The notes below the pieces were generated by a model that searched no databases, had not been told where the DNA came from, and saw only the letters and a list, made by a program, of their open reading frames with translations. Below are positions 17,094 through 20,235 of a DNA stretch of 20,235 bases, piece after piece. This DNA is from an uncultured virus (IMG/VR IMGVR_UViG_3300037296_000406). Lineage: Duplodnaviria; Heunggongvirae; Uroviricota; Caudoviricetes. Numbering within the stretch: position 1 is the stretch's first letter; every line of letters begins with the position of its first letter. Position numbers and translations under genes: made by a program. The stretch is from IMG/VR virus record IMGVR_UViG_3300037296_000406. One strand, given 5' to 3'.

Positions 17094-19697
17094 ACAGTCA
17101 TCGTCTTCTTCTTGATCATCCATCTTTTTGGCAGATGTAGAAGATAAAGTAACCGCTTGGTTTTTACCTACTGCTGTGGTTTTAAAGTAGTAACTAGCAG
17201 TCTTCAATCCTTTTTCATACGCATACATATAATAATTTTTCATCAACTCCATCGAAGGTGTTTCTAAATGAAAATTTAAACTTTGTGATTGACAAATATA
17301 TGCCCCTCGATCAGCAGCCATATCTATCTGAGGTTTTAACTTTAGTTCCCAAACTGTTTTATATATATCTCTTACTTCTTTAGGAATAAAAGTCAGTCCT
17401 TGTATCGACCCATTTTTTGAAACTAAATGGTCCCTTACTTCTGATCCCCATAATCCTAACTCTTCAAGGTGTCTAATTAAATGTTTATTTGCAACTAAAA
17501 ATTCTCCACTAAGAGTGTTTCTCTTGTATAAGTTTTCAGTAATTGCCTCAAAACTTTCATAATTATTAAATATTTGACTTGTTGATGCAGTTGGCATTGG
17601 TGCAACAAGTAATGAATTTCTCAATCCATGAAGTTTAACTTCTTCTCTTAAATCAGTCCATGATAATTTTTTACTATTAGAAACGTCGTACCTTCCAGAC
17701 TCTGGTGTTTTATTCCACATATCAAATTGAAGTATTCCTTTTGTTATTGGTGCTCCACCATTTTCTTTCATACTTGGATAATGTCCATTTTTTTTAGCCA
17801 TAGAAAGGCTTTCGCTAACAGAGGCATGATAAATCGTCTCGAATATGTCTTCATTAAGCTTTTGAGCCTCTTTTGAGCAATAAGGTAACCTTAGCATATT
17901 AAATACGTCAGCTAAGCCTTGAACGCCAATACCGATAGGTCGGTGTCTCATATTGCTTATTCTTGTTTTTTCATTTACATAAAAATTAACATCAATAACA
18001 GCATTTAAATTATATGTGACTCTTCTTATCATTGCATGTAAAGCCTCATGGTCAAATACTCCATCTACAACAAATTTTGGTAAACATACACTTGCTAAAT
18101 TACAGACTGCAGATTCTTTTTCAGAAGTAAATTCAACGATTTCTGTACATAGGTTACTTGATTTTATTGTTCCTAGATTTTTTTGATTTGATTTCTCGTT
18201 ACAAAAATCTTTATTTAAAATATAAGGTGTCCCCGTCTCAACTTGATTTTCGAAAACATCTTTAAAAAACTCTCTAGCGTCAATGGTCTTAATAGCTTTA
18301 CCTTCTGATTCATATTTCAGATAAAGTTCTTCAAATTCTTTTCCATATACGTTCATTAAATTTGGCGCAGAATCTGGACTAAACAGTGACCAAGGTTTTC
18401 CTTCTTTTACTCTTTCATAAAATAAGTTAGGCATCCATAATGCAAGAAAAAGGTCTCTAGTTCTTTCTTCATCTTTACCATCATTTCTTCTTAATCTGAT
18501 AAAATCTTCAACATCTGCATGCCAAGGTTCTAGATAAACGGCAATACTACCTTTTCTTTTTCCACCTTGGTCAATACCTCTTGCGACCTCATTAAGAATC
18601 TTTAAGAAAGGTAATATACCTTTACTCGTACCATTAGTTCCTTTAATAATTGAACCTTTTGCTCTTATGTTTGATATTGCAACACCAATACCTCCAGAGT
18701 TCTTAGAGATTAAAGCTTCTTCCTTATAAGTGTTGAAAATTTCTTCTATAGAATCTCCTTCATTTAGCAAAAGAAAACAACTTGAGTTTTGCTCTCTTTT
18801 AGTTCCTGAATTAAATAACGTGGGTGTTGCGTGGGTATAATAATGTTCACTCATAGAGTCATACATTTCAAAAACTTTTTCTAGGGCTTTATCTTCTTCT
18901 CTTCTTAATATTCCAATAGCGACTCTCATAAACATGTCTTGAGGTCTCTCAACAATAGTAAATTTATTTACTGTAACTTCTCTTTTTTCAATTTCTCCAG
19001 TTGGTTCTCCTGCATCGTCTTTTAGTTGAAAATCTTGAATCTCTTTTACTTCATAATGTTTTTTCAATAAGTAAGCTCTCTCTAAAGTCTTAAATCCAAA
19101 ATAATCAAATAAGAAATCTCTTTTATATGAAATATAATTTTCTATTTTCTCTCTATTTTTTTCAACAAAAGACATAACTTCATCATTAATAACACCTTCG
19201 TTGTACATAAGCTTTATTGCATAGTAAAATCTAGGAACTTTAACAGATTGAGCTATTTCTTCTTTACTCATTATTTTTTTTCCAGAAACGTGTTCAGATA
19301 TTTTTTTTGCTCTTTTGTTATCTTCAAATAAAGCATTGTAGAATTTAACTAGTAATTGATTGTCCTCTTTAACAGGAGTTTTTGAACTTAGTAGCTTAGC
19401 CAATTTCTCTTCGTGTGCTCTCGTAAAATGATTTAGAGACGTTTCTTTGTGTAATGAACTTGCACAAATTCTACCAGCTAATGTATTATAATCAGGATGT
19501 ACTGAATGATTTACACTAATTGTTGCTAAATGTTCATCAACAATCCTTGTACTAACTCCATCATAAAGAGTTCCAATTGCTTTTTGCGATATAGAATCTA
19601 AATCTACATCTAGTCCTGCGCTAAGCTCTTCTAGTCTTTTTTGAATTTTACTAAAATCAACTTTTTCTAAATTACCGTTTCGTTTTTTTAATTGCAT
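17076..19697 (-). CDS. nrdA: Ribonucleotide reductase class Ia alpha (R1) subunit with N-terminal ATP cone
   Basis: KKRNG ATP cone, ATPTLFNSG, SSCF, SNLCTEI, VCNLAS, APMPTASTS, YY pair, terminal CLVCGS. Start at ATG 19697 with SD GGAG. Confidence 0.97.
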   Translation of the reverse strand: MQLKKRNGNLEKVDFSKIQKRLEELSAGLDVDLDSISQKAIGTLYDGVSTRIVDEHLATISVNHSVHPDYNTLAGRICASSLHKETSLNHFTRAHEEKLAKLLSSKTPVKEDNQLLVKFYNALFEDNKRAKKISEHVSGKKIMSKEEIAQSVKVPRFYYAIKLMYNEGVINDEVMSFVEKNREKIENYISYKRDFLFDYFGFKTLERAYLLKKHYEVKEIQDFQLKDDAGEPTGEIEKREVTVNKFTIVERPQDMFMRVAIGILRREEDKALEKVFEMYDSMSEHYYTHATPTLFNSGTKREQNSSCFLLLNEGDSIEEIFNTYKEEALISKNSGGIGVAISNIRAKGSIIKGTNGTSKGILPFLKILNEVARGIDQGGKRKGSIAVYLEPWHADVEDFIRLRRNDGKDEERTRDLFLALWMPNLFYERVKEGKPWSLFSPDSAPNLMNVYGKEFEELYLKYESEGKAIKTIDAREFFKDVFENQVETGTPYILNKDFCNEKSNQKNLGTIKSSNLCTEIVEFTSEKESAVCNLASVCLPKFVVDGVFDHEALHAMIRRVTYNLNAVIDVNFYVNEKTRISNMRHRPIGIGVQGLADVFNMLRLPYCSKEAQKLNEDIFETIYHASVSESLSMAKKNGHYPSMKENGGAPITKGILQFDMWNKTPESGRYDVSNSKKLSWTDLREEVKLHGLRNSLLVAPMPTASTSQIFNNYESFEAITENLYKRNTLSGEFLVANKHLIRHLEELGLWGSEVRDHLVSKNGSIQGLTFIPKEVRDIYKTVWELKLKPQIDMAADRGAYICQSQSLNFHLETPSMELMKNYYMYAYEKGLKTASYYFKTTAVGKNQAVTLSSTSAKKMDDQEEDDDCLVCGS

Positions 19698-19723
19698 TAT
19701 TTTCTCCAAATTGCTTCGTATAG

Positions 19724-19731
19724 TAAATGTA
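19724..19731 (-). promoter_or_regulatory. TACATTTA variant element upstream of nrdA
   Basis: 7/8 match, 26 nt upstream of ATG 19697. Confidence 0.45.
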
Positions 19732-19794
19732 TTTTTTTTAAATGATCACTTTCTAAATTTTATAAAAATTAAAATAACTAGTATAATCAAGGTC

Positions 19795-20235
19795 ATGAAG
19801 ATTTTAATTGTTTTTTTATCTATTTTAACCATAACATTTTCTTGTAAGTCAAGAAATAATCCGTATACAAAAGCTATTAATTTTAAAAAGATGCAATATA
19901 TTCACTTCGAAAGTTCTGTAAAAATGTTGCACCCAGAATCTAATTTAAAAAGTTATTATAAATTCAGTAATAATAAAGATTTTAGAAAATTAGATAAATT
20001 TATCGCTAACTTTAAAATATCTTATATAAAGCATAAAAGAATATCAGAAGATGAAATGATAGTTACTTTAAATGTAATCAAACCTGACTTATCAAAGACA
20101 ATACCTGTAATGTCTCCACAAAATAATTTAAATGAATTACTTAATAAAAAAAATCTTCCAACAAATTCTTTCTCTACAACAATTCATTTAAAAAAGTTTA
20201 ACAAAAAATGGCTTATTTTGTTTAAGGAAAAATAA
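19795..20235 (+). CDS. Small lipoprotein, possibly NTF2-like fold
   Basis: MKILIVFLSILTITFSC lipoprotein signal from ATG 19795; TATAAT 7 nt upstream; C-terminal LKKFNKKWLI strand. Confidence 0.75.
   Translation: MKILIVFLSILTITFSCKSRNNPYTKAINFKKMQYIHFESSVKMLHPESNLKSYYKFSNNKDFRKLDKFIANFKISYIKHKRISEDEMIVTLNVIKPDLSKTIPVMSPQNNLNELLNKKNLPTNSFSTTIHLKKFNKKWLILFKEK

Noticed and set aside
17076..19697. Intein or intron in nrdA or nrdB
   Set aside because: The frames are continuous and the insertions are short, with no Cys/Ser...His-Asn termini.
19698..19790. NrdR boxes upstream of nrdA
   Set aside because: No convincing match to the palindromic NrdR consensus.
7551..19794. ORF-track 5' extensions (starts at 7574, 15163, 19709, 19711)
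   Set aside because: Downstream ATGs (7550, 15064, 19697, 19795) fit the SD, promoter-motif or signal-peptide positions better; the extensions run through promoter DNA.
1..20235. Stop-codon reassignment as seen in some large phages
   Set aside because: Conserved genes are full length in code 11, and TAA, TAG (nrdB) and TGA (7014) all act as stops.

Overview
Very AT-rich (about 25% GC by eye), densely coding window in the standard bacterial code, with frequent strand switches. It contains the 3' end of a Lon protease, a two-gene minus-strand operon (an FtsK/SpoIIIE-like ATPase fused to Mrr-like and DnaQ-like folds, followed by a free-standing, apparently non-splicing intein-like Hint/LAGLIDADG protein), a UvrD/PcrA helicase, an AAA_28/NadR-like P-loop protein, an M48 metallopeptidase, an Ig/RCC1-repeat lipoprotein, a degenerate macrodomain-like protein, a tandem-repeat PD-(D/E)XK nuclease, a DUF1653-like protein, class Ia ribonucleotide reductase genes nrdA and nrdB separated by an opposite-strand PcfJ-domain gene, and a small lipoprotein. 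The gene mix suggests a jumbo phage or large extrachromosomal element rather than a core chromosome (inference). The most striking signal is an 8-bp motif, TCCATTTA, upstream of nine genes on their sense strand. In three of them it lies exactly 6 nt before the ATG, which suggests a dedicated -10-only promoter class producing leaderless mRNAs. Several nuclease or enzyme folds appear catalytically degenerate but are kept as intact ORFs. All family assignments come from motif recognition by eye; no database searches were run.
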